A DNA stretch of 64,000 bases from NCBI GenBank assembly GCA_036676495.1, contig JAKFCT010000059.1:39476-103475 (forward strand). Direction: 5' to 3'. Source of the DNA: Candidatus Sericytochromatia bacterium (GTDB lineage Bacteria; Cyanobacteriota; Sericytochromatia; S15B-MN24; UBA4093). A program made the position numbers and the translations under genes. Of this stretch, positions 35,966 through 46,323 are shown one piece after another. A model generated the notes under the pieces. That model made no database searches and had not been told where the DNA came from. It saw only the letters and a program-made list of their open reading frames with translations. The first letter of the stretch is position 1. Each line of letters opens with the position of its first letter.

Positions 35966-36433
35966 ATGAGAAACAGAGCGTTGCGCATCGCCACCCTGGG
36001 GGTGAGCATGGTCGGCCTTTTGGGGTGCTCGGCGATCGCGCCCAGCCAGCCGAATCTGGAGCCGGCGGCGGTTCCGACGGCCGAGCTTCCCGCGAGAGCG
36101 GATTTCAGAGGCGCGGGGCCTGAACTCGACGCGTCCGCATCCGCGTTCGAGACCCAGCAGCGCCGGGGTCGGCGTTACCGGCACCGCCGGATCATCATCG
36201 CGGGCGTGCCCTACTTCGTCCCGTACTTCGCCTACCAGAACTACTACCTGCCGAACTATCTTCGCTACGATCCGGTCTGGTACTACGTCTATGCCTACAC
36301 CGGCCCCAACTTCACCGGCCAGCGCCGCCTGATCCGGATCCGGCGCGATCGGGATCGCGACCGCGACTGGACGGACCGCTCGAACTGGTACAGCCCCCGC
36401 GGCGGGGACTGGCGCGATCGGGACCGGGACTGA
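35966..36433 (+). CDS. Tyr/Arg-rich lipoprotein of unknown function
   Basis: RBS GAGGAG; lipobox LLGC; Tyr-rich core, RD-repeat tail; terminator hairpin 36447-36476. Confidence 0.75.
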   Translation: MRNRALRIATLGVSMVGLLGCSAIAPSQPNLEPAAVPTAELPARADFRGAGPELDASASAFETQQRRGRRYRHRRIIIAGVPYFVPYFAYQNYYLPNYLRYDPVWYYVYAYTGPNFTGQRRLIRIRRDRDRDRDWTDRSNWYSPRGGDWRDRDRD

Positions 36434-36475
36434 CCGGCGAGAAATCAAGGGGCGGGGGGATTTCCCCCCGCCCCT

Positions 36476-36772
36476 TCACTCGAACATGTACGTGGTGTCG
36501 TACTGGACGTCGGTGATCTCGGCGTCCCAATGCCCCGCTTCGAGGTATCGGACGGCCTTTTGCAGCACCTCGCTCGCGTGGCTGGCGCTGTTGCTCACCA
36601 CCGCGAGGCCCAGTTGCGCGCTGCGCCAATGATCGAGGTCTCCGACCTCGGCGGCAGAGATCTTGAACTGGTTCTGCACCCGCGCGAGCATGGACTTGAC
36701 CACCGAGCGTTTGTCCTTGAGGGACTGCGCGCCGGGAATGTCCAGGTCGATCAGGCAGGATCCCACGATCAC
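36476..36772 (-). CDS. DUF503 (YlxP-like) protein
   Basis: [11 protein letters not shown]...[14 protein letters not shown]. Confidence 0.9.
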   Translation of the reverse strand: MIVGSCLIDLDIPGAQSLKDKRSVVKSMLARVQNQFKISAAEVGDLDHWRSAQLGLAVVSNSASHASEVLQKAVRYLEAGHWDAEITDVQYDTTYMFE

Positions 36773-37179
36773 GAGAGGGCGCGCTCCTTGACGGCCCCCC
36801 GGATGAACGCGACCACCGCGTCGGTGGGGGTGCCGGGGCCGAAGACGGCCTGCGCACCGGCGGCCTGAAGGGCGGCAATATCGTCCTCGGGGATGATCCC
36901 GCCGACCATGACCACGATATCCGCGGCGCCCTGCGCCTTGAGCTGCTCGATGATCTGCGGGACCAGCGTCAAGTGGGCTCCGGAGAGCAGGCTGAGCCCC
37001 ACCACGTCCACGTCCTCCTGGATGGCGACGTTGACGATGGCATCGGGAGTCTGGTGCAGGCCGGTGTAGATCACCTCCATCCCTGCATCGCGCAGGGCGC
37101 GGGCGATCACCTTGGCCCCGCGGTCATGGCCGTCCAGGCCGGGCTTGCCCACCAGGACGCGAATCGGACGTTGAGTCAT
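36769..37179 (-). CDS. Methylmalonyl-CoA mutase small (cobalamin-binding) subunit
   Basis: [30 protein letters not shown]. Confidence 0.93.
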   Translation of the reverse strand: MTQRPIRVLVGKPGLDGHDRGAKVIARALRDAGMEVIYTGLHQTPDAIVNVAIQEDVDVVGLSLLSGAHLTLVPQIIEQLKAQGAADIVVMVGGIIPEDDIAALQAAGAQAVFGPGTPTDAVVAFIRGAVKERALS

Positions 37180-37445
37180 TTCTCTCTCCAGCTCCAAGCC
37201 CTCGCTTCAGGCCGAGGAGGGCGAAGCACGTTGGTACGTGGTTGCGCGGTCCGGGAATCGCTTCGACGCAGGTGCTCGCCCCCGGCGAACCGCCTGACGG
37301 ATTCCATCTCCCCTATTATACCGGAGCCGGGGCCCCGGCGACGATCGGGACTTTCTTCGACGGCGCATGAACTTCCGGTCGGTTATAATGGGGACGATCG
37401 ATCCTCGCTCGTCAGACCTCCCATGCACCCGAGAGGATGTCCGCC

Positions 37446-38468
37446 ATGTACCAATCCCTCGACACGATCCTGACCTCCGATGCCAAGGTCCGCGACCGCG
37501 AGACCATCCTGACCCTCCTCAACCACAATATCCACCTGGAGCATGCCGCGATCGTCCAGTACCTCCAGCATGCCTACGCCATGGGGGAAGGTGGGATCGG
37601 AACCGAGGTGATCACCATCGCCCGCGCCGAGATGCGCCACATGAAGTACTTCGCCGACCTCCTGGTCGACCTGGGCGGAAAACCCACCCTCGATCGGGGC
37701 CAGATCTACTTCGACGCCCCCTCGGCGGCCGCCATGATGGCCAACGGCATCCGGGCCGAGGAAGATGCCTTGCGGGAGTACCGCACGCAACTCGAACGCG
37801 TTGACTTCCCCCCGCTGCAGCGCCTCCTGGAGCGGGTCCTGGCGGACGAAGAGTATCATCACGGGCAGTTCCAGGGCTTCGAGGAAGAGCTTCTCTCGGG
37901 AGCGGCCGAGGCCAAGGCCGGTGCGGCCTATCCGTCGCCGGGGCCCGTCGAGGATCCCGAGAGCATGGCCCTCATCAACGATGCGTTCGCTGTCCGCTAC
38001 AACCAGATCCTCGAGTACGTCCAGTATTACTTCGAGAGCCGCGACTACCATGCGCGTGACTTCCTCGAGGAGACCTGGACCTGGGGCATGCGCGGCATGG
38101 CGCTCTTCGCCGACGAGCTCTCCGAGCATGGCGCCGACCCGGCGTTCACCTGGGATCCCAAGCCCGTCTCCGGGGACCTCCGGGCCCATGTGGACCGGAC
38201 GATCGCCCTCGAGAAGGGCAACGTCGCGACCCGTACGGAGCAGATGCGCTGCCCCCTCTCTCCCGAGCTCAAGGCCTTGCTCAAGAACGTCCAGGCCCAT
38301 GAACAGTACAACGTCGAGAAGCTCGAGATCCTCAAGGCCCGCCACCTGCCCATCACTCCGGCGGAGGCCCCGATTCCATCGGCCATCGTGGCTTCGGAGC
38401 CTTCACTGGTCACTCCCCCTGCACGTCCTCGGGCTGCCTGGACGGTGGGGAGCCTGATGCAGCCCTGA
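37446..38468 (+). CDS. Tandem ferritin-like protein with C-terminal encapsulin-type targeting peptide
   Basis: Domain 1 ligands LEH, EMRH, AEE, DEEYH; degenerate second domain; tail WTVGSLMQP. Confidence 0.8.
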   Translation: MYQSLDTILTSDAKVRDRETILTLLNHNIHLEHAAIVQYLQHAYAMGEGGIGTEVITIARAEMRHMKYFADLLVDLGGKPTLDRGQIYFDAPSAAAMMANGIRAEEDALREYRTQLERVDFPPLQRLLERVLADEEYHHGQFQGFEEELLSGAAEAKAGAAYPSPGPVEDPESMALINDAFAVRYNQILEYVQYYFESRDYHARDFLEETWTWGMRGMALFADELSEHGADPAFTWDPKPVSGDLRAHVDRTIALEKGNVATRTEQMRCPLSPELKALLKNVQAHEQYNVEKLEILKARHLPITPAEAPIPSAIVASEPSLVTPPARPRAAWTVGSLMQP

Positions 38469-38541
38469 TCGCTCGGGGATCCTCGCCTCTCCTGACCGCT
38501 AGTTCCGGGCCTCTGCCGGGTAAGATGCCCAGGGGAGAAGC

Positions 38542-39705
38542 ATGAGCCGTCAGAATGACCCGTTGCGTGAAGCCATGTCCCTCCTGGAGTCCGGAGATGC
38601 CCAAGGGGCTGAGACGGCGCTCGAGGGGGTGATTCATCCTGAGGCCCAGGCCTTGCGGGCGAGGATCCGCTGCGAGCAGGGAGGCCATCTGGAGGCCATC
38701 AAGCTGCTCCGGGGAGTGGCGGCCGAGCATCCGAGCGCCGAGTGCTTCTATCGGATGGGAACGTGCTGGCAGCACCTTTCGCAGTGGGATTCCTCGGAAA
38801 AGGCCCTGCTGCGGGCGATCGCCCTGGACCCCAAGCATACCGACGCCTTCATCCTGCTCGGAACGGCCCTTTACCAGCAGGAGCGATACGCGGAGGCGGT
38901 GAAGGCCTTCGAACGGGCGCTCGTCAACGATCCACGGGCCCTTCTGGCCCGGTACCACCTGGCGCAGATTTGCACCGAACTCGGGAACTTCAAGCGGGCG
39001 CTGTCACAGTTGCATGTCTTGCAGGGGCTTCAGCCGGATTACGCTCCGACCCATCGCCTTCAGGCCGCCATCTTCCTCAAGCTCAAGGATTCTCGCCAGG
39101 CGCTGGTCGAGCTCTGCTGGCTGGTCGAGGCCGGTCATGCCGACGTCTGGTGCTTCAGCTCCATGGGAGGTGCCTATCGAGCCATCGGAGAGAAGGTTCA
39201 GGCCCTGCGCGCTTACGAGTTCGCCTTGCGGCTCGATCCCGACCTGGTCGACGAGACGCTGGCGGCCGCACAGCTCAACGAGGAACTTGAGCAGTACGAG
39301 GTGGCCTTGGTGCTCTACCGGACCCTGCTGCGCGACCTGCATTGGGGGGAGAAGGCCAAGGCGGCCGTCGAGCGCCTCGAAAGACGCCTGGCAGTCGTGA
39401 AGCTCGCGGCGAAATCGGCCTCCGACCTTCCGGCCTTCGAGGGGTTTCAGGCACCGGCGGTCAGCCAGCAGGGAACCTTGCCCCTGGCCGCGGAGGCCCG
39501 CGTCCCGACCCAGCCGCTCGGCATGCAGGAAGTCGAGTACGAGGGCCCCTCGCCCCTCCTGGAGCGGCTGAAGCGAAATTTCACAGAACTGACGGGAGGC
39601 CAGCTCGACAGCTTGAAGGAGCGTTCGCAAGAGGTGATCGAGCGGCTTCCGGAGGCCCTCAAGAAGCTTCCGCTCTCGCGCTTCTTCGGGGACAAGGGGA
39701 CTTAA
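38542..39705 (+). CDS. Tetratricopeptide repeat protein
   Basis: Repeated A-x-F/Y-x-RA-L-x-LDP helical units. Confidence 0.85.
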   Translation: MSRQNDPLREAMSLLESGDAQGAETALEGVIHPEAQALRARIRCEQGGHLEAIKLLRGVAAEHPSAECFYRMGTCWQHLSQWDSSEKALLRAIALDPKHTDAFILLGTALYQQERYAEAVKAFERALVNDPRALLARYHLAQICTELGNFKRALSQLHVLQGLQPDYAPTHRLQAAIFLKLKDSRQALVELCWLVEAGHADVWCFSSMGGAYRAIGEKVQALRAYEFALRLDPDLVDETLAAAQLNEELEQYEVALVLYRTLLRDLHWGEKAKAAVERLERRLAVVKLAAKSASDLPAFEGFQAPAVSQQGTLPLAAEARVPTQPLGMQEVEYEGPSPLLERLKRNFTELTGGQLDSLKERSQEVIERLPEALKKLPLSRFFGDKGT

Positions 39706-39870
39706 TCCAATCTAAACAGAGGTTCAATGCACTCCGAACGCTCCGTTAAGCAAATCTCCCGGGCGAACGCCGGATAAGCTTATTACCAGGCGCTGGCGCT
39801 CGACCCCGAACGCTTTTCTGGTGCCGGTGGCGTCAGGAGGCAGTCCCAGGCAACATCGAGGAGGATCCGC

Positions 39871-41001
39871 ATGACGACGGTCAATCGATACAAGTCCAAC
39901 AACGTGCAGGCGACCCAGCGCGCCGAGGAGCAGCGTGATCGCGACCGCTTCGTCACTCCGGCCAAGGGTCAGGTGACCTCGCGCTTCGGGATGCGGAATC
40001 ATCCGGTGACCGGCGAGCGTTCCATGCACAACGGCCTTGATATCGGGGCGCCGACCGGCACGCCGGTCCAGTCCACCAAGCCTGGAAAGGTCGTTTCGAC
40101 CGGCTACGATGCGGACGGGGCCGGCAACTACGTGGTCGTCGATCACGGCGGGGGCGTGAAGTCCAAGTACTTCCACCTCAATGAGATTAACGTCAAGGAA
40201 GGCCAGGAGCTCAAGGCCGGCCAGCAGCTGGGTACCGTCGGCAACACGGGCATGTCCACCGGTCCGCACCTGCACTTCGAGGTGCATGTGAACGGCCAGC
40301 CCGTCGATCCCGAACCCCTTCTTCGGGGAGAAGTCCCGCTCACGCCTCCTCCCGAGTCCGGGTATTCCCTGGAGGGCGATTCTAACAGCTCTTCCTTCGG
40401 TGGCGGTAGCCGCAGCAGCCTGGGCTTGCCGGGCGGCTCGACGGGGACCGCGTCCTGGGGCGGCGGCTCGTCCAGACGTGCCTCGGGCAGCTCCTCAGGC
40501 AGCACGTCGGGGGGCGGATCGGTTGGCTCTCCGGGATTCAGCGGCTCGCTCTCGGGCGTCAATGCCGGCAGTCTCGACAGCATGTGGAGCAAGCTCGCCG
40601 CCTACGGCATCGACCAGGATTGGTTGCGCAAGCTGCTCGAAGAGATGGGCGTGCCTGAGTCCGAGATGGAGAAGATGATGACGCTCGTCCTGGGCGTCAT
40701 CCAGCAGGAGTCGGGCGGAAACGCCAACGCCCGCTCTCCGGTAGGGGCCACGGGCTTGATGCAGTTGATGCCCGCCACGGCAGCGGGCCTGGGCGTCAAC
40801 CCCAACGATCCGAAGGATAACGTGCGGGGAGGCGTGAAGTACCTCATGCAGCAGCTCAAGGCCTTCGACAACGATATCCCCAAGGCCCTCGCGGCCTACA
40901 ACGCGGGCCCCGGGAACGTCCAGAAGTACGGGGGCATCCCGCCCTTCGCCGAAACCCGGAACTACGTCGCCAAGATCACCCAGAGCATCGGCTTGGCCTA
41001 A
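39871..41001 (+). CDS. M23 peptidase - SLT lytic transglycosylase fusion
   Basis: [19 protein letters not shown]; Ser/Gly linker; [20 protein letters not shown]. Confidence 0.92.
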   Translation: MTTVNRYKSNNVQATQRAEEQRDRDRFVTPAKGQVTSRFGMRNHPVTGERSMHNGLDIGAPTGTPVQSTKPGKVVSTGYDADGAGNYVVVDHGGGVKSKYFHLNEINVKEGQELKAGQQLGTVGNTGMSTGPHLHFEVHVNGQPVDPEPLLRGEVPLTPPPESGYSLEGDSNSSSFGGGSRSSLGLPGGSTGTASWGGGSSRRASGSSSGSTSGGGSVGSPGFSGSLSGVNAGSLDSMWSKLAAYGIDQDWLRKLLEEMGVPESEMEKMMTLVLGVIQQESGGNANARSPVGATGLMQLMPATAAGLGVNPNDPKDNVRGGVKYLMQQLKAFDNDIPKALAAYNAGPGNVQKYGGIPPFAETRNYVAKITQSIGLA

Positions 41002-41040
41002 CTCGCGCGGGGCGGATCGACCGATCCGCCCCGCAGCAGT

Positions 41041-41892
41041 TCATACCGCCCATTTGTCGCCGGGCCGCGAGAAGGTGGCCCGGGCGGCCATCGCCTGCGT
41101 GGGAGTGGGCTGCCAGAAGTTGAGCTTGCGCAGGATGCCCCAGGCCCGGTATGCCCGCAAGAGCTCCGCGGGGTTGCGTAGCTGCCATGCACGCTCCAAG
41201 GCTAGGCTCCAGAGGGATTTATGCGCCTGCTCGGGCTGGATGAATTGCGAGAAGCTGAGGTTCATCGCCCAATAGCGCTTGAAGGCTTCCTCCTCGCTGA
41301 GCGGGGCGACGTCATGCATGCGGCCCGAGTAATCGAGCACGACCTGGTAGCCTTCGCAGAGCACGCGGTAGGCCCATTGCCGGTCGACACAAACGGCGAG
41401 CCGCTCGTCGAAGGCATGGAGGTTCCAGAGGTCGCGCCGGACGGCGAGATTGGTCAGGCAGAGTCCGAACTGCGGGGCGCTGAGGAAGTTTGCAAGGTCC
41501 TGGTGGTAGCTGGGCTGTTGGACGCTGATCTGCTCGGGATTCCAGCCCTCTCCGGAAACGGCGGCGACACGCGAATCGGAGAAGTGCTTGAGGAGGTGGA
41601 AGAGCCACTGCCCGTCTCGAGGCAAGCGGCTGTTGCTCACGATCACGAGGTAGTCGGAGTCACTCCGCTGGGCTGCCTGGTTGATGGCTGCGCCGGGGCT
41701 CGTACCGGGGGGGAGCGCGAGCGTGGAGGTGGGATACGCGCTCTGGACGGCCTTGAGATCGGCCGGAGGGTCCTGGTAGACGACGGTGACGTCCATGCCC
41801 GGATGGCGCTGGTCGTAGAGGTAGGAGACGAGCGGATTGACCCCTCGCCCGGGACTTTCCACGCGGATGATGATCTGCAGCGTCGGAGTCAT
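41041..41892 (-). CDS. Glycosyltransferase family 2-like protein (degenerate DxD)
   Basis: GAAINQAA...SDYLVIVSN, WLFHLL, NLAVRRDLW, FDERL, DRQWAYR. Confidence 0.75.
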   Translation of the reverse strand: MTPTLQIIIRVESPGRGVNPLVSYLYDQRHPGMDVTVVYQDPPADLKAVQSAYPTSTLALPPGTSPGAAINQAAQRSDSDYLVIVSNSRLPRDGQWLFHLLKHFSDSRVAAVSGEGWNPEQISVQQPSYHQDLANFLSAPQFGLCLTNLAVRRDLWNLHAFDERLAVCVDRQWAYRVLCEGYQVVLDYSGRMHDVAPLSEEEAFKRYWAMNLSFSQFIQPEQAHKSLWSLALERAWQLRNPAELLRAYRAWGILRKLNFWQPTPTQAMAARATFSRPGDKWAV

Positions 41893-42055
41893 AGCCGCCC
41901 TCCTCATCGGGTTGCCGAGAGCCGCTTTGCGGGTCTCTTGGCGGGCTTACGCCCGCTTGCGTGCCTGGCTCCCATCTTCGTCGAGGGGGCAAGCGAGGAG
42001 AATGTCCGAACGTCCGAGCGTTTTTGGTGGTTTTGGAGAACTGGCGGAGGGGGGG

Positions 42056-42538
42056 CTAGAAGAGGCCGTCGCGACGGAGGCCGGCGATCGCCTCCGGGGC
42101 GTAGCCCAGGCGCCGTAGCGTCTCCTCGGGAGTCCGGGCCGGCGCCGGCGTGGCCTCGAAGCTCGTGAAGCGCGGAGCCTCGCCGGCCTCGAGGATCACC
42201 TCCTGGCCCAGGCCGGAGCGCGCGCGCTGCAGCAAGGCGAGCAGAATGCCGCTGGAGGCCGCCCACGGGGAAGCCTGCTCGGAAACCTGACAGACGACGA
42301 GCCTCGGGTTGTACTCGTGAAGCAGGGCGATGTCGAGGCCGCTCTGGGCCACCAGGATATCCGCTTCCTGAACGAGCAGGAGCAATATTCTCCGGCCCTC
42401 TGGGTGATCGAGCTTGAGACCGGGGGGCAGCAGCAGCCAGTCGGCACCCCACTCACCAAGGATTTTGGCGCACGGGGAGCCGCCCTCCCTTAGGGAAAGG
42501 TCGAGAATCTTGAGTCCGACCAGTGGCAAGTCCGACAT
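42056..42538 (-). CDS. Miniature CoA-transferase family III (CaiB/BaiF)-like protein
   Basis: PLVGLKILDLS, PEGRRIL...ADILV, NPRLV, GILLALLQRARSGLGQ, LRRLGY...LRRDG in only 160 aa. Confidence 0.7.
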   Translation of the reverse strand: MSDLPLVGLKILDLSLREGGSPCAKILGEWGADWLLLPPGLKLDHPEGRRILLLLVQEADILVAQSGLDIALLHEYNPRLVVCQVSEQASPWAASSGILLALLQRARSGLGQEVILEAGEAPRFTSFEATPAPARTPEETLRRLGYAPEAIAGLRRDGLF

Positions 42539-42703
42539 GCATGCGCCCTCTCGTTTTGATTGGCTTATTGTAGCGCATGGGGACCGGACTCTGCTGGGTC
42601 CCATCGTCGAGGGCCGCATCGTCGCTTTGGCGCAAGGCCGTAGGGGTGAAGATTCGGCACGGGTATGGTACGCTGCTTGAAACGTCGCGAAAGGGGACCC
42701 ATC

Positions 42704-42961
42704 ATGCCCGTGCTCGAACTCAACCGTCACGAACAGAAGCTTCTTCAGGAGGCCGTCCAGAAGTTCATGGACCAGCATCGCACTCCGGACGTCTGGCTGC
42801 CTGGCCAGCAGACGCTTGCGGCCTTGAACGTCCGCGCCAAGGGCCCGACGGCCATCAAGGCGCTGGTGCCTCCGCAGGCCGTCGCGCTGATCCGGGCGGC
42901 GATCGCCGGAAACGAAGGGGAAGAGGCCGCGAGCATTCTCTCCAAGCTTCCCGCCAAGTAG
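42704..42961 (+). CDS. Hypothetical protein (85 aa)
   Basis: RBS AAAGGGGA; terminator hairpin 42984-43021. Confidence 0.65.
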   Translation: MPVLELNRHEQKLLQEAVQKFMDQHRTPDVWLPGQQTLAALNVRAKGPTAIKALVPPQAVALIRAAIAGNEGEEAASILSKLPAK

Positions 42962-43028
42962 CGCCGGCGACGGTGACCCAATAGCGACGAGGCCCGGGCA
43001 ATCGCCCGGGCCTCGTCGTTTGGGTCTT

Positions 43029-43922
<894 letters not shown>

Positions 43923-43965
43923 TCGTTAAACCTCAAAATTCAAAGCTGAAAGCGTCGGCTGACAG

Positions 43966-45111
43966 CTAGCGGACGGCGGCGCCGTAGGCGACTTCGACCA
44001 CCTTGCGGGCGGCTTCCTGCATGGTCGCGGCGGGAATGAGCTTCGTGCCAACCAGCAGCGCGCGGCCTTCCTCTTCGCGGGTGCCCGAGAAACGGACCAC
44101 GATGGGCACGTTGATGTCCATGGTGCTGGTGGCTTCCAGGATGCCCTTGGCCACTTCGTCGCAGCGGGTGATGCCGCCGAAGATGTTGATGAGCACCGCC
44201 TTGACCTTCTTCTCCATCAGGACGACTTCGAGGGCGTTGCGCACGACCTCGGCCTTGGCGCCACCGCCGATGTCGAGGAAGTTGGAAGGATGCCCGCCCT
44301 CGCGGCTGACGGCGTCCAGGGTGGTCATGACCAGGCCCGCGCCGTTGCCGATGATGCCGATGTCACCGGAGAGGTGAACGTAGGTGAGGCCCCGGGTGCG
44401 CGCCTCGTCCTCGATGACGTTGTCCTCTTCGGACTCCTGCCACTGGGCGAGCTCGGGCTGACGGAACAGGGCGTTGTCGTCGATGTCCATCTTGCAGTCG
44501 GCGGCGATGACGTCGCCTTCCTTGGTGATGACCAGCGGGTTGATCTCCGCGAGGGTCGCGTCCGAGCCGACGAAGGCGTTGTAGAGGCCCCGCAGGAACT
44601 TGGTGATCTGCTTGACATAGGCCTTGTCCAGCTTGGCGCCGAAGATGAGGTCGCGGATCTGGTAGTCCTGCAGCCCCATGGTCGGATCCACCCAGACGCG
44701 GGCAATCTTCTCGGGGGTCTTCTCGTTGACTTCCTCGATGTCCATGCCGCCTTCCGCGGAGACCATCACGATGATCTGCTTGGTGTCGCGATCGAAGAGC
44801 ATGCCGAGGTAGTATTCCTTGTCGATGTTGATCGCGCCCTCGACCAGCACCTTCTTGACCTTCAGTCCCTTGAGGTCCATGCCCAGGATCTGCTTGCCGA
44901 CCTCATAGGCCTCGGTCGGAGACTTGGCGAGCTTGACGCCGCCGGCCTTACCCCGGCCACCGACGTGGACCTGGGCCTTCACGACCACGGTCGAGCCGAT
45001 CTGCTCGGCGACTTCCTTGACTTGGTCGGGGGAATAGGCGACCTGGCCCTTGGTGGTCGGCACTCCGTACTTCTGGAGGACCAGCTTGCCTTGAAATTCG
45101 TGGATCTTCAT
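43966..45111 (-). CDS. sucC: Succinyl-CoA synthetase beta subunit
   Basis: MKIHEFQGK, KAQVHVGGRGKAGGV, NGAGLVM, NFLDIGGG, NIFGGITRCD. Confidence 0.97.
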   Translation of the reverse strand: MKIHEFQGKLVLQKYGVPTTKGQVAYSPDQVKEVAEQIGSTVVVKAQVHVGGRGKAGGVKLAKSPTEAYEVGKQILGMDLKGLKVKKVLVEGAINIDKEYYLGMLFDRDTKQIIVMVSAEGGMDIEEVNEKTPEKIARVWVDPTMGLQDYQIRDLIFGAKLDKAYVKQITKFLRGLYNAFVGSDATLAEINPLVITKEGDVIAADCKMDIDDNALFRQPELAQWQESEEDNVIEDEARTRGLTYVHLSGDIGIIGNGAGLVMTTLDAVSREGGHPSNFLDIGGGAKAEVVRNALEVVLMEKKVKAVLINIFGGITRCDEVAKGILEATSTMDINVPIVVRFSGTREEEGRALLVGTKLIPAATMQEAARKVVEVAYGAAVR

Positions 45112-45326
45112 CCTGTCGATCTCCTTGTGCTGCGGTGGAGGAGCGATCGGCCTTGCTGCCGAGGCTTGCTCGCTCATGATACCAACAAGAGGCACTCTAT
45201 GCCAGGGTTTAGATAAGGTAAAGGGTCGCCGGATAGCGATCGCACAGGGAGCGACGACGCATTGTACCGCGCATGGAACTGCCCTAGACTCCTCCCACGG
45301 AACCCCATCCACCCAAGGGAGGACTC

Positions 45327-45617
45327 ATGAAAAGCCAAACCGTGAAGAACCTCAGTTACGTGGCGCTCTGGGCCGGGGCGGCCTCGGTCCTCGTCTCCGG
45401 AGGCATCTACCTGGCGGATCTCATGCGGGGCACCACCAGCAACAAGCGCCGTGAAGGCAGCCTCTTCATCGGACTCTGGGCCCCGTCGTTCTTCGCCCTC
45501 TCGGAGATGCTCGACCGGATCTCCGAGCAAGACGATCGCTACATGGGCATTCCGATCACCGAGCGGGGCGAAGCGGTCCCGATCACCGAAAGAGCCAAGG
45601 AATTGATCCGCCGCTGA
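45327..45617 (+). CDS. Small membrane protein
   Basis: RBS GGAGG; TM helix and LFIGLWAPSF motif; terminator 45624-45649. Confidence 0.72.
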   Translation: MKSQTVKNLSYVALWAGAASVLVSGGIYLADLMRGTTSNKRREGSLFIGLWAPSFFALSEMLDRISEQDDRYMGIPITERGEAVPITERAKELIRR

Positions 45618-45691
45618 CGGCAAGAAGGGGAGCCGCGCGGCTCCCCTTCATCGTGCTCCCCCGAAGCGGACTCGACCAACGGAGGTATGCC

Positions 45692-46321
45692 ATGCTCGCG
45701 CGTGCGGCCTGTGGCCTGGGTATCGGTCTCGTCGCCGGAGTGGTGGGCACTGCGGCCATCACGGTGTCCCAGCTGATCGCCATGCGGATTCAAGGGAGAA
45801 CGCCCTCGCGCTCTCCGGCGAAGGCGGTGGAAAAGGTCTTCGCTATCCGCGCCGTCGATGATCCGGCCGAAGCCCGCCTCGCCCAGTGGGTCCACTGGGG
45901 CTACGGCACCAGCTGGGGCAGCGTGCGCGGCCTCATGACCGTCTTTGGCCTGCGCGGCCCGTGGGCCGACACCCTCCACTGGGGAGCGGTCCAGGGGACG
46001 GCGCTGGTGATGCTGCCGGGCCTCAAGGTCGCGCCGCCGGTCCGCCAGTGGGGAGCCGGGGAGGTCGTCCTGGAAGGCGTCCACCATGCGGTCTACGTCA
46101 CCGCGGTCGGGCTCACCAGCGATGCCCTTTGTCGCCGGCTCGCCGCGCGCGAGGAGCCGCGCCGGATCCCCTGGTCGCTGCTGCTGGGAGGCGCCGTCGC
46201 AGAAAGCGTGCGGCGACGGCGGGCGCGGCGCGCGGCACCGGCGATCGCCGCGCTGCCGGAAGTCGCCCGGACCTGGTCGCGCACGGTCGCCGAGCGCCTT
46301 CCCGTGGGCGCCGGAAGGTAG
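45692..46321 (+). CDS. Membrane protein (DUF1440-like)
   Basis: GVVGTAAIT, VHWGYGTSWG, PPVRQW, HHAVY. Confidence 0.7.
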   Translation: MLARAACGLGIGLVAGVVGTAAITVSQLIAMRIQGRTPSRSPAKAVEKVFAIRAVDDPAEARLAQWVHWGYGTSWGSVRGLMTVFGLRGPWADTLHWGAVQGTALVMLPGLKVAPPVRQWGAGEVVLEGVHHAVYVTAVGLTSDALCRRLAAREEPRRIPWSLLLGGAVAESVRRRRARRAAPAIAALPEVARTWSRTVAERLPVGAGR

Positions 46322-46323
46322 CC

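Noticed and set aside
37198-37436. Cobalamin riboswitch ahead of the B12-binding subunit
   Set aside because: No B12-box or conserved core recognisable; the region just holds divergent TATAAT boxes
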